A stretch of DNA of 41,452 nucleotides from Patescibacteria group bacterium (GTDB lineage Bacteria; Patescibacteriota; Microgenomatia; Levybacterales; UBA12049): positions 1-41,452 of the forward strand of contig JAMDAA010000036.1 of the NCBI GenBank assembly GCA_023484045.1, in the 5' to 3' direction. Numbering within the stretch: the first letter of the stretch is position 1; each line of letters opens with the position of its first letter. Shown piece after piece: positions 25,580-34,163 of the stretch. The position numbers and the translations under genes were made by a program. The notes under the pieces are model-generated. The model was not told where the DNA came from. It did not search any database and saw nothing but the letters and a program-made list of their open reading frames with translations.

Positions 25580-26737
25580 ATGAGGATCGGTTTTCTTCTT
25601 CCCTCGATTTTTATGTATCCCCGTTTTTCGACAGGTAGAATTTTTGCTCCTGGAAATTTAGGTCGGGTTCTTGTCGACGGGTTAATTTCAAAGGGACACG
25701 AAGTTTATTTTTATACTGCTCCGACTGTTTCTTCAAAAGCAGAAGTGATCGCGGGAGATGAAAGCCTTTTATCTAAAGACCCCTTTTATTTTCTTTTTCG
25801 GAACCGGTCGAAAGAAGAACAACTCTACACAACATCAGAAATCAGGAAGCGCGATTTTGAATACGCTTTAACACTCAAAGCCTATCAAGATGCCAAGAAT
25901 AGTAAGTTGGATATAATTCATTCTTATCATGATTTCGGCGCGCATTATTTTAATGAACTAACAGGATTTCCGACTGTTTATACGCTTCACGACCCGATGC
26001 CAAAAAGCCAGGACACTATCGAATATCTCCGCTTTACAAAATTCCCAAACCATAATTATGTCTCGATAAGCAATCGTCAAAGAAATAATTTTCCGATAAA
26101 TTTTGTCGACACGGTTTATCACGGTGTTAATATCGATGAATATCAATTCGGGCAGGGAAACGGTAATTATCTGATTCATTTTGGAAGGATTCTTGAAGAT
26201 AAGGGGACGCATATTGCAATCGACGTAGCAAAAAAACTCGGAATTCCTTTAAAAATTGCGTCGAGTTCTGTAAAGGCAAATGTTTCTCAAGTTTATTACG
26301 ATGAAAAAATTAAGCCGCAAGTCGACGGAAAAAATATTTTAGAAGTAGGTTTTCTCGAGGGGAAAGACAAATCGGATTATATCGGTAACGCCTTGGCTTT
26401 TGTTTTTCCGCTTCAGTGGGAAGAACCTTTTGGAATGGTGACTATCGAGGCGATGGCTTGCGGAACTCCTGCTATACTATTTAATAGAGGGAGTGCTTCT
26501 GAGCTTGTTCGAGATGGTGTTACGGGGTTTGTTATAGACCCCGATGACGAAGAAAGACCGGGAAAAGGATCATGGATTATTAAAAAACAGGGGATAGAAG
26601 GACTTATCGAAGCCGTTCAAAGAATAAAAGAGATCGATCGAAAGGCGTGTCGAAGTCACATAGAAGAAAATTTTACGATCGGAAAAATGGTTGAAAATTA
26701 CGAAAAAGTCTACAAAAAAGTTCTCGGAAAAAAGTAA
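25580..26737 (+). CDS. Glycosyltransferase family 4
   Basis: YTLH, VSIS, TVYHG, GRILEDKG and EPFGMVTIEAMACGTP. Confidence 0.93.
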   Translation: MRIGFLLPSIFMYPRFSTGRIFAPGNLGRVLVDGLISKGHEVYFYTAPTVSSKAEVIAGDESLLSKDPFYFLFRNRSKEEQLYTTSEIRKRDFEYALTLKAYQDAKNSKLDIIHSYHDFGAHYFNELTGFPTVYTLHDPMPKSQDTIEYLRFTKFPNHNYVSISNRQRNNFPINFVDTVYHGVNIDEYQFGQGNGNYLIHFGRILEDKGTHIAIDVAKKLGIPLKIASSSVKANVSQVYYDEKIKPQVDGKNILEVGFLEGKDKSDYIGNALAFVFPLQWEEPFGMVTIEAMACGTPAILFNRGSASELVRDGVTGFVIDPDDEERPGKGSWIIKKQGIEGLIEAVQRIKEIDRKACRSHIEENFTIGKMVENYEKVYKKVLGKK

Positions 26738-26761
26738 AAATTTCAAATCGCATAAAAAATT

Positions 26762-28231
26762 ATGGATAAAAAGATAAAAGTTTTAATGGTGGGTTACGAA
26801 GCAGACCCTTTTTACAAACACGGAGGATTGGGTGACGTAATCGGTTCTTTGCCAAAAGCGCTTTCCGGTCTTAATGTTGATTGCCGGGTTGTTATTCCTT
26901 ATTACCAGGCGATTAAAGAAAAATTCATTTCTAATGTATTTAATCTTAAAGAAGAAAGAATCGGCGAGTTTTTAATTCATTTTGGAGAAAAAGACGAGCA
27001 AATAGGAATATATAAAAGCGTTCTACCCGGGAGTAATGTAATTATTTATTTTTTAAGCAACAGGAAAAATCTTTCTTACATTAATACGCGCGGTCGTAAC
27101 AAAAAAATTGATCAATTCGCATTTTTTGATCTGGCAGTCAGCCATTTTATTCTATGGCTTCGTAGTAAATCAAAATGGACACCCGCGATAGTCCATTGTA
27201 ACGACTGGCATACGTCTCTTATCCCTTTTATTCTGCAAAAACAAATTAATACTCCGATTCCAACGCTTCTTACGATTCACAATTTTGAATATCAGGGCCG
27301 CGGGTCGATTAAGGTTTTAGACCTATTACATATTAAAGATAAAGATGTGGTTGAGTTTAAAAAAGGAACCCCGGTTACGGAAATAAACATATTAGGAGAA
27401 GGGATTATGGACGCAACGCGAGTTTCGACTGTCTCTCCAAATTACGCAAAAGAAATCATTAACAATAGTAATTGTCATGGGCAAATTTACAGTTATATGC
27501 GAAGAAGGGAAAGAGAAAAGGGTAAAAGCAATTTTCTATCGGGAATTCTTAACGGAATTGATTATAATATTTGGGATTCTAAAAATGACGGATTGATTTA
27601 TCATAGATATGATATATCTGATTGGCAGCTCGGTAAGAAAATCAATAAAGAGGATCTTCTAAAAAGCCTCAATCTTAAAGACAGGCCGACTTTTTGTTTT
27701 ATCGGCCGGATGGCAAAACAAAAAGGAATAGATCTATTAGTAAGAGCGATAAACAGGATTGTAAATCTTGATGTTAATCTTATTTTTCTCGGCGACGGCG
27801 ATTCAAATATTAAAAAAAGTCTGTTTAAAGCGCAGGAAAAATACAAAGATAATATTAGGACAGAATTTTTTTACAGCGAGGAACTTGCCCATAAACTTTA
27901 TGCGAGTTCCGATTTTATTTTGATTCCTTCTCATTTTGAACCTTGCGGTCTTATCCAAATGATCGCGATGCGCTACGGCACTTTGCCGGTCGCGTCCAAA
28001 ACCGGAGGACTTAAAGATTCGATTAAAAATAACAGCACTGGTTTTCTTTTTGAAAAAAATTCAACCCGATCATTAGTTAAAACGATTAGGAAAGCATTAA
28101 GAGTCTATAAATGGAACGAAAAATATCAAAAAATGACTGAAAGAGCGATGAAAACTGATTTTTCCTGGAGGAAAAGTGCCAAAAAATATAAAAAATTGTA
28201 TTTTGAGATCCTTAAGGAAGAATCGATTTGA
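26762..28231 (+). CDS. glgA: Glycogen synthase (GT5)
   Basis: KHGGLGDV (KxGGL), HCNDWHT, TIHN, GILNGID, EPCGLIQMIAMRYG, KTGGL and DFSW. Confidence 0.95.
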   Translation: MDKKIKVLMVGYEADPFYKHGGLGDVIGSLPKALSGLNVDCRVVIPYYQAIKEKFISNVFNLKEERIGEFLIHFGEKDEQIGIYKSVLPGSNVIIYFLSNRKNLSYINTRGRNKKIDQFAFFDLAVSHFILWLRSKSKWTPAIVHCNDWHTSLIPFILQKQINTPIPTLLTIHNFEYQGRGSIKVLDLLHIKDKDVVEFKKGTPVTEINILGEGIMDATRVSTVSPNYAKEIINNSNCHGQIYSYMRRREREKGKSNFLSGILNGIDYNIWDSKNDGLIYHRYDISDWQLGKKINKEDLLKSLNLKDRPTFCFIGRMAKQKGIDLLVRAINRIVNLDVNLIFLGDGDSNIKKSLFKAQEKYKDNIRTEFFYSEELAHKLYASSDFILIPSHFEPCGLIQMIAMRYGTLPVASKTGGLKDSIKNNSTGFLFEKNSTRSLVKTIRKALRVYKWNEKYQKMTERAMKTDFSWRKSAKKYKKLYFEILKEESI

Positions 28232-28281
28232 TTGAATTCTCTTATTGCATTTATTGGGTTTCTATCGTTTAATAGGATTAG

Positions 28282-28686
28282 ATGTCAAATCAAAATTCAA
28301 ATTTCAAAAATCAAAGTCTAGATAAAAAATCAAAGCCAGAAGTTCGGTATCGAGCATTTTATTTGTCGATTGATATCATTAAGTTTCTTGATAAATTAGA
28401 ATATAAACAATCAGTCAAAATAATATCCGATCAGTTGATTCGATGTGTTACCTCAATCGGGGCAAATATTGTAGAAGCAAAATCATCTTCTTCTAAAAGA
28501 GAATTTCTAAATTACTTTCAAATAGCTCTAAAATCCGCAAATGAAGCAAAATATTGGCTTTTTATGTTAAAAGAATTATTCCCCAAGGAAAAAGAAGAAA
28601 TAGATATTTTTCTAAAAGAAGTGGATGAGATTTCAAGAATTATAGGAACAAGTATATTAACGATGAAAGGTAAAAGAAATCTTTAA
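28282..28686 (+). CDS. Four-helix-bundle protein (23S rRNA IVP family)
   Basis: DQLIRCVTSIGANIVEA, SKREF and IALKSANEAKYWL (TIGR02436/PF05635-like, from memory); first 12 codons are a 7-nt array. Confidence 0.93.
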   Translation: MSNQNSNFKNQSLDKKSKPEVRYRAFYLSIDIIKFLDKLEYKQSVKIISDQLIRCVTSIGANIVEAKSSSSKREFLNYFQIALKSANEAKYWLFMLKELFPKEKEEIDIFLKEVDEISRIIGTSILTMKGKRNL

Positions 28687-28699
28687 GCTTTAAACTAGG

Positions 28700-28729
28700 A
28701 TTTGATTTTTGCTTTTTGATTTTTAATTT
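28700..28729. repeat. T-rich 7-nt array closing the four-helix-bundle cassette
   Basis: ATTTGA TTTTTGC TTTTTGA TTTTTAA TTT; roughly complementary to 28282-28319 and 17/18 identical to 22156-22173. Confidence 0.75.
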
Positions 28730-28734
28730 ATTTT

Positions 28735-29709
28735 ATGGCAGAATTTGAATTTCTTCAGAATCCGATTACAAAAAAATGGGTTATATCTGCACCCCGAAGG
28801 GCCAAAAGACCGGATATCGCTAAAGGTTCTGAGCCGCCGTGTCCTTTCTGTGTCGGACGGGAAAAAGACGAAAAAGAAGTTTACAGAATCCCTGCCCGCA
28901 ATGCTAGCGCAAGCGTTGCAGGCGGGGGAGGCAAAGAGGGTGATGCTAATTGGTTGGTTCGAGTAATTCCGAATAAATTCCCTTTTGCGCCGATACACGA
29001 AGTTATAGTCCATTCTCCCGATCATCGCAAAAATTTTGACGAGCTTCCGCTTCCTCATATAGAACTTATTATTAAAACGTATAGACAACGTTTTAACGAG
29101 CATCAAAAAAAAGGACAGGTTTGCATTTTCCATAATCGGGGAGAACGGGGTGGGGAAAGCTTGCCGCATCCTCATACGCAGCTTGCAGTTGTTCCTTTTG
29201 AGGTTAAAATGGAGCTTTCTAGGCTTGATCCGCAAGCTTCTGTAGGCCAAGCCCCGAAAGCTTTGGGAATTTATTCAAATACCTCAGAGAACCAGATAGT
29301 CGAAAGTGAGATGCTGGAAACTCCATGTTTTTACCTTTTTTGTCCTAAAACGAGTCAATGGCCGGATGAAGTCTGGATCGCACCGAAAAGTCGCGGTAGA
29401 TTGTTTGGAGAAATAACAGACGAAGAGATTACAGATTTTGCCTATACCCTTCAAAGGCTTATTCAAATTTTTGATCATCGGCACGGTAACGAATTTCCCT
29501 TTAATTTTTATATTTATCCGGGCGGGGATTGGTATTTAAGGCTTATTCCGCGACAAAAAACAATCGGAGGATTTGAGTTGGTAACCGGAATTTTTGTCAA
29601 CACGCAAAATCCCAAAGAAACTTTAAGCTTTATAAAAGAGCATTTCGAAAAACCCGATATCGAGAAAATAAAACTGCAGCATCAAGCAGAATATTTCAGA
29701 CACGTCTAA
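28735..29709 (+). CDS. galT: GalT-family hexose-1-phosphate nucleotidyltransferase
   Basis: RRAKRP, CPFC, VRVIPNKFP, HEVIV and GESLPHPHTQ (HPH). Substrate cannot be determined from sequence. Confidence 0.85.
   Translation: MAEFEFLQNPITKKWVISAPRRAKRPDIAKGSEPPCPFCVGREKDEKEVYRIPARNASASVAGGGGKEGDANWLVRVIPNKFPFAPIHEVIVHSPDHRKNFDELPLPHIELIIKTYRQRFNEHQKKGQVCIFHNRGERGGESLPHPHTQLAVVPFEVKMELSRLDPQASVGQAPKALGIYSNTSENQIVESEMLETPCFYLFCPKTSQWPDEVWIAPKSRGRLFGEITDEEITDFAYTLQRLIQIFDHRHGNEFPFNFYIYPGGDWYLRLIPRQKTIGGFELVTGIFVNTQNPKETLSFIKEHFEKPDIEKIKLQHQAEYFRHV
28891..28926. repeat. 36-bp palindromic element in frame within the galT-like gene
   Basis: CCTGCCCGCAATGCT-AGCGCA-AGCGTTGCAGGCGGG, encoding PARNASASVAGG. 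Confidence 0.8.
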
Positions 29710-29728
29710 AATTAGCTAACTGTTTAGA

Positions 29729-31510
29729 CTAATTTACTTTTACTCCATTCATCTTTACTCCGTTAAATTTTATAGCAGGAACAAGAGTGGGTGTTGGTGT
29801 TGGAGTAGGCGTTGAGTAATTGACTGTTAAATACGTTCTTCGCGTGGGAAAATCAACATTTGTGCCGGGCTGTATCCAAATCCACTCGTTGGCGGTGTTT
29901 GCGACTCCATTATCCCGGGAACTTTTAAAACAATAAAAAGTAGAGCCGGTTTTATTAATCCAGGCTGTGTCCAAATTCGGGCTAGTTGGACTGCCGGTTG
30001 CTCCAGTAGTAAACCAGATAACAGGGTTTGAATTATTATTACTGTCGCTATAACTGTTATAACAGCCGGTATAATTACCCTGCATATTTCCAGAGTTAAG
30101 CGGCGACGTCCAATTGTATTTTAGTATCTGCACATTAAAACTAATAGCAGACGAGCATTCACCAGTACCAGTGCAGTCAGTTGTTAAAGTAGCGTTATTA
30201 ACAATGCCGGAACTGCCGATAGAACTGGTATCAAAAGAATAAAAGTTTCTATATATGGTATATTGTGGGCCACCTTTTGCATCAAGATAAGCGCGTCCTA
30301 ACCACATGTGGTGACCATTTGCATTAGCAAAATTATACGCAGTAGTATGTGCTGTATTATAGTTAGTTGATTGGCCCTCAATGTATCCTTGAGTGGATTC
30401 AGCATAGCTAGTTATGTCTGGGTCGATGGTAATAGGGTAAATTAGTTTATTAAGCATGCCGGCAGCAATACCAGTGTAGAGGTATTGAGTATTGTTGACT
30501 TTTTGCGCAAACCATTTAGTAAAGACATTTTGTCCTGTTGCTTGTTTTGTTTGCGGCAGGGGAAATGTTTGGCTGCCAAGAGTAATAGGTTCTGTTACCC
30601 AGCCATCAGGTAAATCAAGCCCTTTGACTTCTGTTTCCATGACCAGCCAATCATCAGAGTCCTTTCCAATAATTTGTCCTAAGTCGGGTTTTTGATAAAA
30701 GGTTAGCTCTTCAACTAATCCATCTGGATTGCCTAAGGTATAAACGTGGGAAAAATCAGAAGTTTTCATAATGTACTGGTTACCCTTAATTTGGCCTTGA
30801 GGAAGATCGGCTATTTTTTTATATATTTTAGTATTAGGGTTATACAAGCCAAAAGAGATAGTTTCTTCCTCAAAAGGTGTGTTTTTGAAAATAACGACAC
30901 CGTCTTTATTAATAACAATGGGGATGCCGGAAGCTGTTATTTCGTCTTCCCCATCTTTTAATGTGTTATCAATTGGTTCCCATTCGTCACCTTCCTTATA
31001 AAAAATTGGGTTTGGAGTAAAAACACCTCGGATAGTGCCATCAGCCTCTCTAAAATGGACAGATGTGGTATTAGTTTTGATAATTTGTTTACCCTTTTGA
31101 TCTGGTTGCTCTTTGAAGTATAAGGCTAGAAAAGAACCCGCAGAGGGTTTAGGAAAGGTTGATCCCGGCAGACCATTGCCCCAGTTAAATTCGAAAGAAG
31201 AATCGGCATCACTCGCATAAACGTCGGGATTTAACAGTTCCAACCTGTATTTACCCGTTACGACTGTTTTGTCTTTTAAACTAATCCGAAAAACCTCGGA
31301 GCCGGTCTTGTAAATTTCTGACTCTACTTCTTCGTTATTTTTCTCCCTGATGATTTTAACTCGAGGTGGTTTACCATTCGGGGAGAAGAAAGTAAAGATT
31401 GGCACTTCAGAAATAGAGAAATCATTTTTAGGATACTCTAAGGCTTGAGCAGGAATGGCTAATATTAAAAATAGTACAAGAGGGAGAAATAGAGACAGTA
31501 TTTTTTTCAT
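29729..31510 (-). CDS. Secreted multidomain protein
   Basis: Signal peptide (AQA), WEPIDNTL...YPITIDP segment, DNRLRE-like YRNFYSFDTSSI...NNATL region, PT linker and short C-terminal tail. Confidence 0.8.
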   Translation of the reverse strand: MKKILSLFLPLVLFLILAIPAQALEYPKNDFSISEVPIFTFFSPNGKPPRVKIIREKNNEEVESEIYKTGSEVFRISLKDKTVVTGKYRLELLNPDVYASDADSSFEFNWGNGLPGSTFPKPSAGSFLALYFKEQPDQKGKQIIKTNTTSVHFREADGTIRGVFTPNPIFYKEGDEWEPIDNTLKDGEDEITASGIPIVINKDGVVIFKNTPFEEETISFGLYNPNTKIYKKIADLPQGQIKGNQYIMKTSDFSHVYTLGNPDGLVEELTFYQKPDLGQIIGKDSDDWLVMETEVKGLDLPDGWVTEPITLGSQTFPLPQTKQATGQNVFTKWFAQKVNNTQYLYTGIAAGMLNKLIYPITIDPDITSYAESTQGYIEGQSTNYNTAHTTAYNFANANGHHMWLGRAYLDAKGGPQYTIYRNFYSFDTSSIGSSGIVNNATLTTDCTGTGECSSAISFNVQILKYNWTSPLNSGNMQGNYTGCYNSYSDSNNNSNPVIWFTTGATGSPTSPNLDTAWINKTGSTFYCFKSSRDNGVANTANEWIWIQPGTNVDFPTRRTYLTVNYSTPTPTPTPTLVPAIKFNGVKMNGVKVN

Positions 31511-31537
31511 GAATATTTTTAATATATCATATAATAA

Positions 31538-32311
31538 TTAATTTTTTTCCGGCTTCCAGGCTTGAAGCCTTTTTTCTAAAAAATTAACCAATAGTGTTAA
31601 AGCTAGTCCCAAAAAGATAATAATAATTACCATTGCAAAAAGTTTATCCGTTTGAAAGGTGTTGCCAAAATAAGTGATTAGATAGCCTATGCCTTTATTG
31701 GAGACATAAAATTCCGCTACCAGCATCCCGGATAGCCCTCTAATAACTGCCATTCGTAGCCCGCTGGCAATAAAAGGCAATGTCGCGGGGAAAATAATAT
31801 TAGTAATAATCTTTAAGTCGCTACCCCCAAAAGACTTGCCAAGCCGGATAAAATCATGGTCAATATTTCTGACTCCGGCGATCGTGTTGATTAGAATCGG
31901 GAAAAAAGCAGCCAGAAATACTATAGTTACCTTTGGCCAGAAACCCAAACCGATCCAAATCAGAATTAGCGGGAAGATGGCAATAGTGGGCATGGCATAA
32001 AAGGAAGTTAGGAGGGGACTAAAAAACCAATGAATCTTTTTGTACCAGCCGAAGAAAATGCCAAGGATTACCCCAAAGATAACTGCCAAGCCTATTCCCA
32101 GGAAAAATTCTTCTAGGCTTGCCAGTAAATGCTCGTAGATTAATCCTTGGGCAAATAATTGGTGTAATGAGATAACAACTTGATGAGGAGGAGTTAGAAA
32201 TAAGGGATTATTTACTACGAATAAGGCTATAACTTCCCAGAGGATAATAAAAGCAATTAAGCCCAGGATGCCAAGCTTGATGTTTAATCCGAATAATTCT
32301 TTTTTTCTCAT
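31538..32311 (-). CDS. ABC transporter permease, SsuC/TauC/NrtB family
   Basis: About 6 TM helices, PTIAIFPL, EAA-like loop (RLGKSFGGS...IIFPATLPFIASGLR), VAE and GIGYLI. Confidence 0.93.
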   Translation of the reverse strand: MRKKELFGLNIKLGILGLIAFIILWEVIALFVVNNPLFLTPPHQVVISLHQLFAQGLIYEHLLASLEEFFLGIGLAVIFGVILGIFFGWYKKIHWFFSPLLTSFYAMPTIAIFPLILIWIGLGFWPKVTIVFLAAFFPILINTIAGVRNIDHDFIRLGKSFGGSDLKIITNIIFPATLPFIASGLRMAVIRGLSGMLVAEFYVSNKGIGYLITYFGNTFQTDKLFAMVIIIIFLGLALTLLVNFLEKRLQAWKPEKN

Positions 32312-33100
32312 CTATTTGGTCCCTTCTTGAGCAAGCAGAAGTCTTACTCTGTTTTTAACCGACAAAAACGACCGGTTTTTTTTAAAACTTACCTTACGGT
32401 CTTTTCCTAAATTGGTATTAACAATTGTCTTTATTTCTCCAGGCCCGGGGCTCAATAACAGAATCCGGTCGGCTAAAAATACAGCCTCGTCAATATCATG
32501 CGTCACAAAAATAAAAGTTTTTTTACTAATGAGAAAAATCCGCCGTAATTCTAGCTGTAGTTTCTCTTTGGTAATTAAATCAAGATGGGAAAAAGGTTCA
32601 TCCAAAAGTAGCACCTCTGGGTTACAAACATAGGCCCTTGCCAAATTAACCCGTTGTTTTAATCCGCCTGAAAGCTCGTGAGGATAAAAATTCTTAAAAT
32701 TACCAAGGCCAAAAAGGTTTAGAGTTTTGTCGATATCATTTTGTTTATTTTTCGGGCTGATGCCGGATATCTCAAGCCCAAGGGTGATATTACTATGAAC
32801 TGTTCTCCATGGCAGCAAAAGTGCATCCTGAAAAACCATAGTTATTTGTTTTTTTAAAGTATTATGGCTGTTTTTTATAAAGATTGTTCCACTTGTTGGC
32901 CTAATTAAACCAGCCAAGCAATTTAATATTGTTGTTTTGCCACAACCAGAAGGACCAATGATCGCAAGAAATTCGCCTTTTAGAACGTCAAAGCTAATGT
33001 CGTTAATTGCTAGAAGATTTTTTTTATCGTTTGAATAACTAACACTTAAATCGCTAACTTTAATTTTAATTGACTTTTTACTTTTATTTTTACTTGACAT
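32312..33100 (-). CDS. ABC transporter ATP-binding protein, SsuB/TauB family
   Basis: GPSGCGKT, VFQ..LLPW, LSGG, LLLDEPF and VTHDIDEA. Confidence 0.96.
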   Translation of the reverse strand: MSSKNKSKKSIKIKVSDLSVSYSNDKKNLLAINDISFDVLKGEFLAIIGPSGCGKTTILNCLAGLIRPTSGTIFIKNSHNTLKKQITMVFQDALLLPWRTVHSNITLGLEISGISPKNKQNDIDKTLNLFGLGNFKNFYPHELSGGLKQRVNLARAYVCNPEVLLLDEPFSHLDLITKEKLQLELRRIFLISKKTFIFVTHDIDEAVFLADRILLLSPGPGEIKTIVNTNLGKDRKVSFKKNRSFLSVKNRVRLLLAQEGTK

Positions 33101-33121
33101 ATTATGCTACAACTATATAAT
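33094..33121 (+). promoter_or_regulatory. Sigma70 promoter of the substrate-binding protein gene
   Basis: TTGACA-16 nt-TATAAT; the -35 box overlaps the start codon of the divergent ATPase gene. Confidence 0.6.
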
Positions 33122-33131
33122 GTAAACTATT

Positions 33132-34163
33132 ATGAAAAACAGAAATATTAGTCTACTTTTAATTTTTGTTGTTATCGGTGCTCTTATTTATTGGTTATTA
33201 TTAAATAATAAACCTGCTAGTAAATCAACTATTACCAAAACTCCTTTGACAAAAGTCAGGCTGGCCTATATTAGCAGTAATTTATTCCAACTTCCACTAA
33301 TAGTAGCTGAGGAAAAAGGTTACTTTAACGAGAATGGAATAGAAGTAAAACTTGATCCATTAAGCGAAAGGGTCCCCGTGCAGCTTAATAGTAATCTTGA
33401 TGATATTGGTATTACCCAAAATTACGGTTTATTAATATCAGCCGTTCAGGGAGGGAATTTAGTTTGGATAGGGTCGATATTAAACAACAGAAATGTCGTG
33501 GTTGTTTCCGATAAGCCTATTAATCGGATTAAAACTCTCGCTACTACTCAAAATTCTTATTATGATCATCTTAATAAAGAAGTAATGAAAATAAATAAAA
33601 ACCTCGAGAATGTGGAAATATTAAATATTAAATCACAACCCACGAGACTAGAGTCTTTAGCGGCAGGAAAAGTCGACGCTGCTTTAGTTGAAGAAACGCT
33701 TTGGGTGGCTTTTCAAAAAAAGAATAATCTCACCGGTTCTTATAAAGTAATATTCAACACTTCGGATTATTCTGATCTTTTTGATCCGGTAGTTATAGGT
33801 GTTAGGGTTGATTATCTTAAAACTAACCAGCCGGCTGTTGAAAGCTTTTATAAGAGCATGATTGAATCAATCAGCTGGATAAGGGAACACAGAAAGGAAG
33901 CTGTTGGTCTTTTTAAAAAGAGCTCAATGGGAATGTCTGACGAGGAAGCGCAAATTTATGTAAATAGTTATATTGAATCAAGCAACAATTTACAACTTGT
34001 GCCCAATACAACCACTGCCGGCAAAAGTCTTAAATTTATAGAATCTGATGTCGCTAATTATAAAAAGTATGATTTAGACCATTATATTAATTTATCTGTT
34101 ATTAAGTCTTTAGAAAAGAGCGGGTTTTTATCTAAATTTTCGTTTACTTCAAGTGGGAAATAA
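33132..34163 (+). CDS. ABC substrate-binding protein, SsuA/NMT1/THI5-like, TM-anchored
   Basis: N-terminal TM, VRLAY, LPLIVAEEKGYFNENGIEV, LAAGKVDAA and FYKSMIESISWI. Confidence 0.9.
   Translation: MKNRNISLLLIFVVIGALIYWLLLNNKPASKSTITKTPLTKVRLAYISSNLFQLPLIVAEEKGYFNENGIEVKLDPLSERVPVQLNSNLDDIGITQNYGLLISAVQGGNLVWIGSILNNRNVVVVSDKPINRIKTLATTQNSYYDHLNKEVMKINKNLENVEILNIKSQPTRLESLAAGKVDAALVEETLWVAFQKKNNLTGSYKVIFNTSDYSDLFDPVVIGVRVDYLKTNQPAVESFYKSMIESISWIREHRKEAVGLFKKSSMGMSDEEAQIYVNSYIESSNNLQLVPNTTTAGKSLKFIESDVANYKKYDLDHYINLSVIKSLEKSGFLSKFSFTSSGK

Noticed and set aside
17871-28686. Diversity-generating retroelement suggested by Avd-like four-helix proteins
   Set aside because: No reverse transcriptase and no TR/VR pair differing only at adenines was seen.
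28723-29250. 175-aa minus-strand ORF
   Set aside because: Almost entirely antisense to the well-supported galT-like gene; no motifs.
1-29700. Frequent CGATCG/TCGA words as a HIP1-like repeat system
   Set aside because: Only a visual impression, explicable by ATC-GAx/GCx codon pairs; needs a k-mer count against a codon-preserving null.
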